Shown piece after piece: positions 20,064-29,438 of a DNA stretch of 64,000 bases. A program made the position numbers and the translations under genes. Origin of the DNA: Armatimonadota bacterium (GTDB lineage: Bacteria > Armatimonadota > SYMT01). The notes beneath the pieces were generated by a model. That model worked only from the letters and a program-made list of their open reading frames with translations, searched no databases and was not told the origin of the DNA. How positions within the stretch are numbered: position 1 is the stretch's first letter; each line of letters opens with the position of its first letter. The stretch lies in NCBI GenBank assembly GCA_046292385.1, contig JBKBRF010000013.1, positions 1 to 64,000 of the forward strand. Reading direction: 5' to 3'.

Positions 20064-22616
20064 GTAAATAGCGACCTGGCTGCCGGCCGGACCCTTGCTC
20101 ACCTCGATGCGCGTGGGGAAGGCGTCCTTCAGCTCTTCCAGGTGGGTGATCACCAGGATGCGCGCGAAGTCGTCCTGCACGGCGTGGATCGCCTCGACCA
20201 TCCGCTGGCGCCCTTCCTGGTCCTGGGAGCCGAAGCCTTCGTCGATCACCAGCGTCTCCAGGCGGGCGCCGGCGCGGCGGGCGAGAACCTTGGAGAGCGC
20301 CACCCGGATGGCGAAGTTGACCCGGAACGCCTCCCCGCCGCTGTAGAGCTCGTAGCGGCGCGGGCCGAGGCCGTCGCTGATCTCGATGTCGAGCGTCTCC
20401 GCCTGCCCGCCGCTGCGCAGCTCCTTCTGGGTGACGAGCCGCACGGCGAGCTGGCTCTCGCTCATCCGGGCGAGGATGGCGTTCGCCTCCTCCTCGATCT
20501 CCGGCAGCGCGTTCTCGATAATCAGCGCCTGGATCCCATTGCGGCCGAACGCCTTCGCCAGCTCTTCGTAGCAGCCCTCGTCCCGCGCGGCCGCGTCCCG
20601 CGCCTCCCGCCGGCTCTTCAGCTCGCCTTCCAGCGCCTCGCAGCGCGCCAGCGCCTGCTCCGAGGCACCGAGCCGCTGCGTCACGCTCGCCTCGGCCGTC
20701 TGCGCCTCGCGGCAGACCCGCTCCAGGTCGCGCACCTGCGCCTCCACGCCGCCGAGCGCCCCCAGGTCGCGCTCCGTCTCCAGCCGCGCCTCCCGGTCGG
20801 CCGCCATCGCCTCTTCACGCAGCCGGATCGCCTCGGCGAGCGCCGCGGCCTGTTCCAGTGCCCCCGGGAGCTCTGCTTCCGCCGCCTCGAGCGACTGCAG
20901 GTCGCGCTCCGCCGTGCCCAGTTCCGCGAGGCGCTTCGCCAGGGCGCGGCCGCGGCTCTCGTCATATCCCAGCGCGCGGATGCTCTCCTCCACCGCCGCC
21001 AGCTCCCGCCGCTCCTCCTCCGCGAACTGCCCCGCCTGGATGCGCGCCCCCAGCTCTTCCGTGGCGCGCAGCTCCTCCTCCAGCGTCTGGGTCACCGTCC
21101 GGATCCGCTGGCACTCCTGCTTCACCTGCGCGAAGCGGTCCCGCATCGCCTGGCCGGTCCGGAGCTTCGTCTCCAGCTCCTGCAGCTTCCGGCGGACCTC
21201 CGCCTCTTCCCGCTTCGCGTCGGCTTCCTTCTGGATCGCCTGGCCCTGGCGCAGCTTGAGCGCCTGCTTGTCGTCCCGCAGCTTCCGTCCGAGCTCGAGC
21301 CGCTTCTCCTCCGGAAGCGCGCCCTCGCAGGTGGGGCAGACCGCCCGGGCCGACTTGAGGATGGTGAACCGCTCGTCCGACTGCTCCAGCTCCTCCGCGC
21401 AGCGGCGCTGGTCGGCCGCCGCCTCCGCCCGCAGGCCCGCCAGCTCCGGCAGTCGCGCCTGCAGTACGGATCGCTCCTCCTGGAGGCGGTCGAGGGCGGC
21501 GATCTGCCGTTCCAGGTCCTGCAGGTCCCGCTCCATCTCCGGCAGCTTCTGCGCCAGCGCGCTCATCTCCCGCACCCGCTGCCGGGCGAGCTGGAGCTTC
21601 ATGTTCAGGTCGTGCTCCGCCTGCTGCAGCTTGCGCCCCAGGGTGTTCCGCGCGCCCTCCAGGCGCCGCAGCTCCGCCAGCCGCTCCGCCAGCTCTTCCT
21701 GCTCCCGGCGCAGCGCCCGGTACTCCTCCGCGCGGGCGCGGATCGCGTCCGCCCGGCCCTGCAGCGCCTGCGCCGCCTCCACGCGCCGCCGGGCGGCTGC
21801 GAGGAGCCCCTGTTGCGTGCGGAGGTCCGCCTCGGCGGCCTGGAGCCGGCGGACAAGGTCGTCGCGGCGGCGGCGGATCTCATCCAGGCGGGTCTTCTCC
21901 GCGGCGGCCGCCTGCAGCTTCGCGCGAGCCGTCTCCAGCTCCAGCGCGGCCCGCTCCCGCTCCGCCCGCAGCCGCTCCACCTCCGCGCGCAGCTCCGGCT
22001 CCCGGGCGCGCTCCGTCTCCATCCGCTCGATCTCGAGCTCCAGCGACTTCCGCCGCGTCTGCGCCTCCGCCCGCTGGGCACGTGCGTCTTCCGCCAGCTC
22101 GTCGTAGACCCCCAGGCTCAGGATCTCGCCCAGGATCCGCTTCCGATCACCGGGGTTCTTGCGCGCGAACTCGTCCGACCGCCCCTGCAGGATGAACGCG
22201 GAGTTGATGAAGGTGTCGTAGTCCATCCGCAGCGCCTGGATGATCCGCGCCTGCGTGTCCCGCACCCCCTGCCCCGTCAGCGCGCGCCACTGGCCGTCTT
22301 CCTGCCGGGTCTGGAACTGGAGGTCGCTCTGGCCCGACTTCCCCTTCGAGCGCTTCCGCAGCACCCGGAAGTCCTGGCCGTCCAGGCGGAAGTCGAGCTC
22401 CACCTGCATCTGCGTCTGCCCCAGGCGGACCAGGTCGTCCGCCGTGTTGCTGCGCGCCTGTCCCCAGAGCGCCCAGGTGATGGCGTCCAGCAGCGCGCTC
22501 TTCCCGTGGCCGTTCGGCCCGCAGAGGCACGCCACGTGGATGCCTTCCAGGTCGATCGGCTGGAGGTCCTCGCCGTAGGAGAGGAAGTTGGAAAGACGGA
22601 GACGGAGGGGGATCAT
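20061..22616 (-). CDS. sbcC: SbcC/Rad50 family SMC ATPase
   Basis: NFLSY, Walker A GPNGHGKS, coiled coil with CPTC zinc hook, YSGGE signature, IDEGFGSQD and ITH. Confidence 0.9.
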   Translation of the reverse strand: MIPLRLRLSNFLSYGEDLQPIDLEGIHVACLCGPNGHGKSALLDAITWALWGQARSNTADDLVRLGQTQMQVELDFRLDGQDFRVLRKRSKGKSGQSDLQFQTRQEDGQWRALTGQGVRDTQARIIQALRMDYDTFINSAFILQGRSDEFARKNPGDRKRILGEILSLGVYDELAEDARAQRAEAQTRRKSLELEIERMETERAREPELRAEVERLRAERERAALELETARAKLQAAAAEKTRLDEIRRRRDDLVRRLQAAEADLRTQQGLLAAARRRVEAAQALQGRADAIRARAEEYRALRREQEELAERLAELRRLEGARNTLGRKLQQAEHDLNMKLQLARQRVREMSALAQKLPEMERDLQDLERQIAALDRLQEERSVLQARLPELAGLRAEAAADQRRCAEELEQSDERFTILKSARAVCPTCEGALPEEKRLELGRKLRDDKQALKLRQGQAIQKEADAKREEAEVRRKLQELETKLRTGQAMRDRFAQVKQECQRIRTVTQTLEEELRATEELGARIQAGQFAEEERRELAAVEESIRALGYDESRGRALAKRLAELGTAERDLQSLEAAEAELPGALEQAAALAEAIRLREEAMAADREARLETERDLGALGGVEAQVRDLERVCREAQTAEASVTQRLGASEQALARCEALEGELKSRREARDAAARDEGCYEELAKAFGRNGIQALIIENALPEIEEEANAILARMSESQLAVRLVTQKELRSGGQAETLDIEISDGLGPRRYELYSGGEAFRVNFAIRVALSKVLARRAGARLETLVIDEGFGSQDQEGRQRMVEAIHAVQDDFARILVITHLEELKDAFPTRIEVSKGPAGSQVAIY

Positions 22617-22625
22617 AGCGCTCCC

Positions 22626-22631
22626 ATTATA
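22626..22631 (-). promoter_or_regulatory. -10 element TATAAT for sbcC (very short leader)
   Basis: Perfect TATAAT about 10 nt upstream of the ATG in a GC-rich context. Confidence 0.55.
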
Positions 22632-22733
22632 CAGACTGGCGGGCGCGGAAGCTCGAAAAAGCGTTTGCGGTTCGGCGCTTCAGAGTGGAATAGCGGGCGG
22701 ACATGCCCGATCCGTGCGGAGCGGCGGCAACGA

Positions 22734-23741
22734 TCAGGATTCCGGCTGGTGTCTCCGCATCTGCCGGGCCACCGCCCAGAGGATCGCGCAGAGAATCAGG
22801 TCGGTCACCACGAACACGCCGGTCAGTGCCAGCGCGAAACGGTACCAGATCTGATCGGTCGGGCCGTAGAGCATACCGCCGACCGTGAAGATGGACAAGA
22901 ATGCCGGCTCCAGGTTTGGTGTGAGCCAGGTGCCGACCCACTGACGCCAGTGCTGATCCTGCAGATGGTCCATCAGCCCCCGGATCATCATCACGACACT
23001 ACTGGGCAGGAGAACGACAAGCAGCGCTCCGACTATCGCTGCTGCCGCCGCAATCGATGGGGAGCACGGGCGATTGACGGCGCTCGCGGAGCGAATCGCC
23101 ACGACGTAGATCGAGATCGTCACCGCGGTCAGAGCTCCGCCAAGCGGAAGGGGCATGAAGCTGGCTCCGATGATCACCGCAGTCGCCGCGACCGCAGTCC
23201 GCCGCGGCCGCTGGAACAGACTGCCGAGCAGGGCGCTGATTACCGCAAGCGGAAACGCCGCGGTGGGGAGTAGACCCACCAGTCCGAGCGGATACGAGGC
23301 GTCGGCGTCCATCGGAATGTGGGGCATCCCCAGGTATGCACCCCAGCCCGTCAGGCCGGAGTGCCAACCGAAGGAGAGCGCTGCGAAGCCCGCGAGCACC
23401 ACCGCGTAGAGCGGCAGGATCCGGCCGGCGATCCGCGCCAGCAGCCCCTCCCCGCCGCGTCCCCGGGGGATCAGATCCGCTCCCAGCCACGCTCCGCCCC
23501 AGCAGAGCAATCCGTTGAGGCCCCAGAAGCAGGCGGCGTCGAGCCAGGAGAGCGCCGGCAGCCGCGCCCCGGCGTAACCGCAGAACCCCGAGCCGGCTAC
23601 GAGCAGCACCGCGGCCGTGAGCCGGAGATGCCCGAACCGCCCGCCCCAGGTGCGGCGGGCCTCCGCGGCCGTGATCGACAGCACGCTCCTGCGGGACGCG
23701 GCGCGGGGACCTGCGACCGAATTGGACACGTGCTCCCCCAT
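22734..23741 (-). CDS. Multi-pass membrane protein, EARRTWG family (unit 1, gene 2)
   Basis: AAEARRTWGG, CWGGAWLGAD, GRILP and multiple TM segments. Confidence 0.75.
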   Translation of the reverse strand: MGEHVSNSVAGPRAASRRSVLSITAAEARRTWGGRFGHLRLTAAVLLVAGSGFCGYAGARLPALSWLDAACFWGLNGLLCWGGAWLGADLIPRGRGGEGLLARIAGRILPLYAVVLAGFAALSFGWHSGLTGWGAYLGMPHIPMDADASYPLGLVGLLPTAAFPLAVISALLGSLFQRPRRTAVAATAVIIGASFMPLPLGGALTAVTISIYVVAIRSASAVNRPCSPSIAAAAAIVGALLVVLLPSSVVMMIRGLMDHLQDQHWRQWVGTWLTPNLEPAFLSIFTVGGMLYGPTDQIWYRFALALTGVFVVTDLILCAILWAVARQMRRHQPES

Positions 23742-23773
23742 TCCGCTGGGATCCCTCCGGCAGTAAGGTGGGC

Positions 23774-24676
23774 CTATCTCGCGCGGCGGCGCTGGATCGA
23801 CACCAGCCAGAGCGCCTGGATCGCCGAGAGACCCAGGAAGATCAGCGCCGCATTCGCGCAGTAGAGCAGGTATCCGAAGTCACTCTCGGGTGGACTTCCA
23901 AAGCGCTTCTCGATGAAGGCTGCCCCCAGAACTCCGACGCAGAAGTTCGGCACCAGCACCGCCCTGTCCCACCGCCGCAGCAGCATCTCCCCGGAGACGT
24001 AGACGTCGAAGGGAGGGAATTCCCAGATCGAGTGAGCGTGCCAGCTCAAGGCAACGCCCAGCGCCGCGCTGCCGACGAGGACGGTAAACGGAGCGACCAC
24101 CCAGCGCCGCCGCCGCCGCGAGAGGGCGCTCAAGAGGGCGGCTCCGAGTGCATAGGGAAGCCCGCTGAGTGGGATGATGAGCGCCCAGCCGATCCAGGTC
24201 GCGGCGGCGGCGCCGGTAAGCGGAGCCGGCTCGCCCAGGATCGGCTCGTAAAGGGGACCATACCAGAACTCGATCGGGTCTCCGGCAAGCTGGCGCAGGT
24301 GGTATCCGCCGGTCAGTACGGCGGCAGCCAGGAATAGAACCAAGCCAAACGGAAGCACGCGGCCGAGCAGCCGTGCTCCGGGACGGTCCTGCCCCCGGGG
24401 CCCCGCGGAATTGAAGAGATCCGCTCCAAGCCACGCCGGGACCCAGCAGGCCAGCGCGCAGAGGGTCCAGAACGCCTCCCGGAAGCCTGCGTTTCCGGTC
24501 CAGCCGAAGCCGGTTCCCAGAGGCCCGCGCGGTGCTCCCGGCGTAAGCCAGACTACCACCGCTGCCGCGATCACGCTCAGCACCGCCAGCGCGAGCCACG
24601 CTCGACCATACCGCCCGCCCCAGGTGCGGCGGGCCTCGGCGGCGGCGGCAACGAATCCCGGCTTGGCGGCGTCCAT
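23774..24676 (-). CDS. Multi-pass membrane protein, EARRTWG family (unit 1, gene 1)
   Basis: MDAAKPGF, AAEARRTWGG, CWVPAWLGAD and GRVLP. Confidence 0.8.
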   Translation of the reverse strand: MDAAKPGFVAAAAEARRTWGGRYGRAWLALAVLSVIAAAVVVWLTPGAPRGPLGTGFGWTGNAGFREAFWTLCALACWVPAWLGADLFNSAGPRGQDRPGARLLGRVLPFGLVLFLAAAVLTGGYHLRQLAGDPIEFWYGPLYEPILGEPAPLTGAAAATWIGWALIIPLSGLPYALGAALLSALSRRRRRWVVAPFTVLVGSAALGVALSWHAHSIWEFPPFDVYVSGEMLLRRWDRAVLVPNFCVGVLGAAFIEKRFGSPPESDFGYLLYCANAALIFLGLSAIQALWLVSIQRRRAR

Positions 24677-24685
24677 GGTCGGTGG

Positions 24686-24715
24686 GAAGTGAGCTGCCTT
24701 ACCGTTCCACGGGAG
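24686..24715 (-). promoter_or_regulatory. Conserved 30-bp upstream motif CTCCCGTGGAACGGTAAGGCAGCTCACTTC
   Basis: Identical to 28500-28529, and 9 nt from the start codon in both. Confidence 0.7.
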
Positions 24716-24872
24716 AGATGCGACCTCCTGTGGTGCCTGCCACTCTGAAGAAACGCCGCTGGCTGGCGCCCGTCAGCACGGATCCTGATCGGCGCGTGTT
24801 CTCTGAGCTCTCCCATGCAGGCGACGAGCGGGGGGACTGGTGGAGGGGGCTCGGCGGTATACTTTCACTGCT

Positions 24873-25121
24873 ATGCCACCCACCGCATGGAAGCCCGAAT
24901 ACACCAGCCGCGCTGAAGAGATCTGGGAGGAGTACCAGCGACAGCACGATCTGTCCGCGCGGACCGGTCAGGTGGCCGCCATCGATCCCCTTACCGGGCG
25001 GGTGTGGGTGGCCGAATCAGGCATCGACGTCGCGGCGATGGTGGAAGCGGAGGGCGTCGACACCCCGGTTTACCTCGTACGCGTCGGCTCATCCGCGTAT
25101 GTGCGGAAAGGCCGTCGATGA
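24873..25121 (+). CDS. Small protein coupled to a clan AA protease (DUF5678-like)
   Basis: 82 aa with GQVAAID...GRVWVA. TATACT upstream and an ATGA overlap with the next gene. Confidence 0.7.
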   Translation: MPPTAWKPEYTSRAEEIWEEYQRQHDLSARTGQVAAIDPLTGRVWVAESGIDVAAMVEAEGVDTPVYLVRVGSSAYVRKGRR

Positions 25122-25474
25122 TTACCGGGGCCGTCGACGCGGACGGCGCGCCCGTCATCAGCCTCTCCGTAGCCGGACGAACGTGGAAGGCGATCATCGA
25201 TACTGGCTTCAACGGTGATCTGGAGTTGCCCCAAGCGCTGGGGCCGAGTGTCAACGCCCGCTTCTTCGGTCGCGGCCGGGCCAATCTGGCCGGCGGTCAG
25301 GCTATAGAAGAGGAGTACTACCTGGTCGACTTCCCATTCGACGGAAGCACGGTGCGGGCACTGGCCTCCTTCGTCACGGGCTCGGAGATCCTGATCGGAA
25401 CCCGTCTCCTCCAGGACCACCGGCTGGAGATCGACTTTCCCGCGCGGAAGGTGAGCTTGAGTCGAACCCTCTGA
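25118..25474 (+). CDS. Clan AA (retropepsin-like) aspartic protease
   Basis: IIDTGFNGDL catalytic motif and LIGTRLL...LEIDF C-terminal motif. Confidence 0.88.
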   Translation: MITGAVDADGAPVISLSVAGRTWKAIIDTGFNGDLELPQALGPSVNARFFGRGRANLAGGQAIEEEYYLVDFPFDGSTVRALASFVTGSEILIGTRLLQDHRLEIDFPARKVSLSRTL

Positions 25475-25479
25475 GAGCG

Positions 25480-25649
25480 CCCAGCCATCCTCTCGAAAGT
25501 GCCCGCGAAGGCACCTCGGGGGCTCCGCGGGGGAGCAGGTCCGCGCCCAGCCACGCCCCGCCCCTGACGGAGCGACACTCGGCGCCGGCCGTCGCGTGAA
25601 AGCCCTCACGCGAGTCACCAATAGCTGCGGCAGCGCAATGGGCGGTCAT
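25480..25649 (-). pseudogene. Decayed EARRTWG-family gene (unit 2, gene 2)
   Basis: ATGA overlap with the 25646 stop. Retains GGAWLGADLLPRG but lacks the rest and runs into the convergent protease gene. Confidence 0.6.
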
Positions 25650-26593
25650 CGCGAAGTACCCTCCGGGAAACTGTGGCGGCGGAAATTGCGCCGATGCCGG
25701 CAGTACAAGATCAGCCGGATGAGTCCCAGCTCACCCACTGAGAGCATCAGGAAGAACAGGGTGGTGGAGGCGCAGAAGAAGAGGAACCGTACCTCGTCGC
25801 TCCCCGGCAAGACGCTGCCGAGGAACCGCGGGTCGGTGACCTGGACTGCGCCCATGGCCCCAATCGCGTAGCTCGGCACCAGAACCGCCCAGATCCAGTG
25901 GTCGAAAAGGCCCGGCGCGGAGGCGTAGATCCCCAGCGGGAGACCCCCACTCTCCACCGCCCGGTTTGCCAGGCTCAGCGGCAGGCCGAGCAGGGCGCTT
26001 CCGCAGATCACCACGAACGGCGCGATGATCCACCGGCGAGGGTGGCGAGCCAGCGCGCTGGCGATCACTCCGCCCAGCGCGTAGGGAGCGGCACAGCTCA
26101 CGATCGCCAGCGTCCAGACCGGCCAGGTCCAAACCGCCGCCAGCACGCTGGGCTCCGTGCGGTCCTCGAAAGCGTAGGCGAAATCGATGGGGCTCTCCGC
26201 GAGCCAGCTCCGGAGAAACCCACCAGTCAAAATCGCCGCCAGGAGCGATAGAACGGTGCAGAACGGCACCAGGCGGCCGGTCAGCCGCGCGGCCCATTTG
26301 GATGGCGAGTAGGAGGGATCGGCGGAAGCGAGCAGATCCGATCCCAGCCACGCCGGAATCCAGCAGCCCATCGCCCAGACCGCGAAATACGCCGTGTGGA
26401 ACAGCGGCTCCCCACTCCAGGCGTTCGCTCCGAGCCAGGTGAACGGGTCCCAGGGAGCGAGCAGAACGCTGCCGACGGCCAACGCCAGTAGCGCGGAGGC
26501 AATTCCGAGCCACCCTCGCAGACACCGCCCGCCCCAGGTGCGTCGGGCTTCGGCGGCAGCGACGGACAGGCGGCGGGGCTTCCGTAGATCCAT
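25646..26593 (-). CDS. Multi-pass membrane protein, EARRTWG family (unit 2, gene 1)
   Basis: MDLRKP, AAAEARRTWGG, CWIPAWLGSD and GRLVP. Confidence 0.8.
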   Translation of the reverse strand: MDLRKPRRLSVAAAEARRTWGGRCLRGWLGIASALLALAVGSVLLAPWDPFTWLGANAWSGEPLFHTAYFAVWAMGCWIPAWLGSDLLASADPSYSPSKWAARLTGRLVPFCTVLSLLAAILTGGFLRSWLAESPIDFAYAFEDRTEPSVLAAVWTWPVWTLAIVSCAAPYALGGVIASALARHPRRWIIAPFVVICGSALLGLPLSLANRAVESGGLPLGIYASAPGLFDHWIWAVLVPSYAIGAMGAVQVTDPRFLGSVLPGSDEVRFLFFCASTTLFFLMLSVGELGLIRLILYCRHRRNFRRHSFPEGTSR

Positions 26594-26603
26594 GTCATCT
26601 TGC

Positions 26604-26628
26604 AGTGAGATCTCTTACCGTTCCGCGG
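26604..26628 (-). promoter_or_regulatory. Diverged copy of the upstream motif
   Basis: agtgagatctcttaccgttccgcgg, 21/25 identical to the other copies and at the same position (within 1 nt) relative to the ATG. Confidence 0.65.
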
Positions 26629-26739
26629 ATCACAGCGCGGCTCCTATTCCGTTTCCGGCACCCCAACCAGCCACCGGCGATAGCGGTCGCGGGAGCACGC
26701 CTCACGAGACTCGCTCACTGATGGGGAAGCGCAAGCTGA

Positions 26740-27624
26740 TCACGACCCGCCGCGGCGACCGCCTGACCCGTTCGCGGCCAGGCGCACGATCCCGAGTAGC
26801 ACCAGATCCAGCGCCAGTAGGGCCAGCGCCGGAAGCTGATGGTGCCAGCGTGGGATCTCGTGCTGGCTCGTATAGCCGAGGCCCAGCGTGTAGTCGAACA
26901 GGACCAGCACCTCACCGATCAGGTAGTAGCTCGGCCCTGCGAAGTTGAACGCCACCGCCTCGGGCTCCAGCGACACCAGATAGGCCATCCAGGAGCTGAG
27001 GTGCCCTAGCCGCATCGCCATCGCGGACACCAGGCTCACGCTCAAGCCTACGACTGTCGCCGGGGTAATCACCTGGCGGGGAGGGCGTCGGAACCTCGAC
27101 CCGATGACCGCCGCGCAAGCGAAGAACGGAAAGGCGCCGGCGAACAGCTCGGCCACACGGTGCAGCGGATGGTACGCGCTGCCGTACATCGGGATGTCCA
27201 CCACGTGGAGATTGGCGCGCGAGCCTTCGCTCAGCGAGACATACCAGCCGAAGGAGAGCGCGCTGAATCCAAGTAGCACGACGGCGTAAAGCGGCAGCAG
27301 CCGACCCACAGCGCGAGCGAACAGCCCTTTCGCGCCGTACCCCTGCGGAACGAAATCCGCGCCCAGCCAGGCGCCGCCCCAGCAGAGGAGTGCCTGCAAG
27401 GCCCAGAAGGTCACATCGTCCAACCACGTGGGGCCGCCGGGGTGCTCCGCCAGCGGAGTGGCGAAGGCTGCGATCAGAACCATCACCATCGCGTTCGCCA
27501 GTTGGAGAGGCAGGTAGGGGCCACCCCACGTGTTTCGAGCCTCGGCAACAACCGTAGCCAGTAAGCCCTGCGAGGGCGGCTCCCCGGCTCGCGCCGTTTC
27601 ACGATCCGAGCTGGCCGCGTTCAA
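26740..27624 (-). CDS. Multi-pass membrane protein, EARRTWG family (unit 3, gene 2)
   Basis: AEARNTWGG, CWGGAWLGAD and GRLLP. Start overlaps the upstream stop by 4 nt. Confidence 0.75.
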   Translation of the reverse strand: MNAASSDRETARAGEPPSQGLLATVVAEARNTWGGPYLPLQLANAMVMVLIAAFATPLAEHPGGPTWLDDVTFWALQALLCWGGAWLGADFVPQGYGAKGLFARAVGRLLPLYAVVLLGFSALSFGWYVSLSEGSRANLHVVDIPMYGSAYHPLHRVAELFAGAFPFFACAAVIGSRFRRPPRQVITPATVVGLSVSLVSAMAMRLGHLSSWMAYLVSLEPEAVAFNFAGPSYYLIGEVLVLFDYTLGLGYTSQHEIPRWHHQLPALALLALDLVLLGIVRLAANGSGGRRGGS

Positions 27625-28490
27625 TCGCGGGACCCCGCGGGAGACTCACCGGGCACTCCATTTCGCCTGGTGAGGCAGAGAAGGCCGTAGAGCGACGCGT
27701 TCGTCAGCATCACCTCTGCAATGATCGGAAAGACCCCTCGCTCCTGGCCGAGCTTCTCCATCACTGGCAAATGCAAGGGAATCAGTGTGCCGATGAGATC
27801 TCCTAAACAGCCCACCAGACTCAGTACCAGGAAGTTGGGCGCGCCGAGAGCGACGAACGCCTGCGTCGGGTCGCCATTCCCAAGCGTACCGATGATGTCT
27901 TTCTCCCACGCAGCTTCGTTGGATGAAGCGAGGAGAAGGACCATCACCGTCACCGAGGTCATCATCACCGCCGGAGTGATCAGGAGACGCCTCGGCCGAC
28001 GAAAGCTGGAGCCGACGAGCGCCGCGAGGATGAAGAACGGGAACGCGCTCGCCAGGAAAATGCCGAATGACGACAGCGGCCATGAGAAGCCAAGAGCGAT
28101 CGGCACCTCCAGGATCGGAATCGGGCCGATCCAGCGAATCTCACGCTGACTGTGCCAGGCCGCGGAAACAGCAAAGAGTACCGCCCGCACGGCTGCGATC
28201 AGGGGACAGAGCCGCCCGAGTGCTCGTGCCCCGAGCCGGCCTCCTTCCGTTCCGCGCGGGATGAAGTCCGCACCGAGCCAGGCAGCCGCCCAGCAGAGCA
28301 GCGCGTTGGCAGCCCACACAGGCGCCGTCTCGATCCGGGCCAGCCCTCCGCCCCAATAGGTGTGCGGACCGACGATCACCACCAGGCAGATCGAGAGCAC
28401 GACGCTGATCAGCCGCGCAGCGGGGCAGCCCCACGTGCGGCGGGCCTCGGCGGCGGCGACGGCAAAGAATCCCGGCTTGGGGGCGTCCAT
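27621..28490 (-). CDS. Multi-pass membrane protein, EARRTWG family (unit 3, gene 1)
   Basis: MDAPKPGF, AAAEARRTWG, CWAAAWLGAD and GRLCP. Confidence 0.8.
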   Translation of the reverse strand: MDAPKPGFFAVAAAEARRTWGCPAARLISVVLSICLVVIVGPHTYWGGGLARIETAPVWAANALLCWAAAWLGADFIPRGTEGGRLGARALGRLCPLIAAVRAVLFAVSAAWHSQREIRWIGPIPILEVPIALGFSWPLSSFGIFLASAFPFFILAALVGSSFRRPRRLLITPAVMMTSVTVMVLLLASSNEAAWEKDIIGTLGNGDPTQAFVALGAPNFLVLSLVGCLGDLIGTLIPLHLPVMEKLGQERGVFPIIAEVMLTNASLYGLLCLTRRNGVPGESPAGSRD

Positions 28491-28499
28491 GACGAGTCA

Positions 28500-28529
28500 G
28501 AAGTGAGCTGCCTTACCGTTCCACGGGAG
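28500..28529 (-). promoter_or_regulatory. Conserved 30-bp upstream motif
   Basis: Identical to 24686-24715. Confidence 0.7.
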
Positions 28530-28721
28530 GATAGGAGGCTCCTGTGAGACGAAGGCAGCTCCTCGGAGGCTCCACTGGAAGCGCCCGCTGCCTCATCGGA
28601 CCCCGACAGTCGGACCTCTTCCGCACCGCGAGACGCCGCGCGCACCTTTCGTGCCTACCTGCGGCGGAAGCGGGGGTAGAATAAGTGGCTGTAGACACGC
28701 GAAGTTTTTTCCGCCCAGAGA

Positions 28722-29438
28722 TTGGAGACCCAATTCATGAACCGCTACTACTGGGGATTGCTGGAGAAGGCGAACCAGAACCCGGAGCTGTGGACGCCTC
28801 CGTCCGGCCATCTCATCCCCTACGTGGTGGAGCAGACGCCTCGCGGCGAGCGGGGATACGACATCTTCTCCCGCCTGCTCCGCAGCCGCATCGTCTTCCT
28901 GAGCGGCGAGGTCCAGGACGCGATGGCGGACCTGATCATCGCCCAGCTCCTCTACCTGGAGTACGAGGACCCGGACGGCGACATCATGCTCTACGTCCAC
29001 TCTCCCGGCGGCAGCGTGGAAGCCGGCCTGGCGATCTACGACACGATGAACTTCATCAAGCCGGACGTCTCCACCATCTGCATGGGCATGGCCGCCTCCA
29101 TGGGCGCCCTGCTCCTCTCCGCCGGCGCGAAGGGCAAGCGGTACGCCCTGCCGCACGCGCGGGTGATGATCCACCAGGTGAGCGCCGGCGTGCCGTTCTC
29201 GCAGGGGACCGACGTGGAGATCCGCGCGCGGGAGATCCTGCGCTATAAGGCGCTGCTGAACGAGATCCTGGCCAAGCACACCGGTAAGACGGTGGAGCAG
29301 GTGGCCCAGGATACGGAGCGCGACTACTTCATGTCGGCCCAGGCCGCGCAGGAGTACGGCTTGATCGACCGAGTGATGAGCCGGGAAGAGCACGAGCAGC
29401 AGACCGAAGAGGCCCGGGAGCACACCGCCAATCCGTAA
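28722..29438 (+). CDS. clpP: ATP-dependent Clp protease proteolytic subunit
   Basis: [21 protein letters not shown] (Ser), IHQ (His) and ERD. Start is 28722 (TTG) or 28737 (ATG). Confidence 0.95.
   Translation: METQFMNRYYWGLLEKANQNPELWTPPSGHLIPYVVEQTPRGERGYDIFSRLLRSRIVFLSGEVQDAMADLIIAQLLYLEYEDPDGDIMLYVHSPGGSVEAGLAIYDTMNFIKPDVSTICMGMAASMGALLLSAGAKGKRYALPHARVMIHQVSAGVPFSQGTDVEIRAREILRYKALLNEILAKHTGKTVEQVAQDTERDYFMSAQAAQEYGLIDRVMSREEHEQQTEEAREHTANP

Noticed and set aside
19944..23273. 1109-aa + strand ORF
   Set aside because: Antisense shadow of sbcC caused by high-GC codon bias; no recognisable motifs.
22734..28529. Integron cassette array or CRISPR array
   Set aside because: The motif lies 5' of genes, lacks attC GTTRRRY/RYYYAAC palindromic ends and is spaced about 1.9 kb apart. 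No integrase or cas genes are present.
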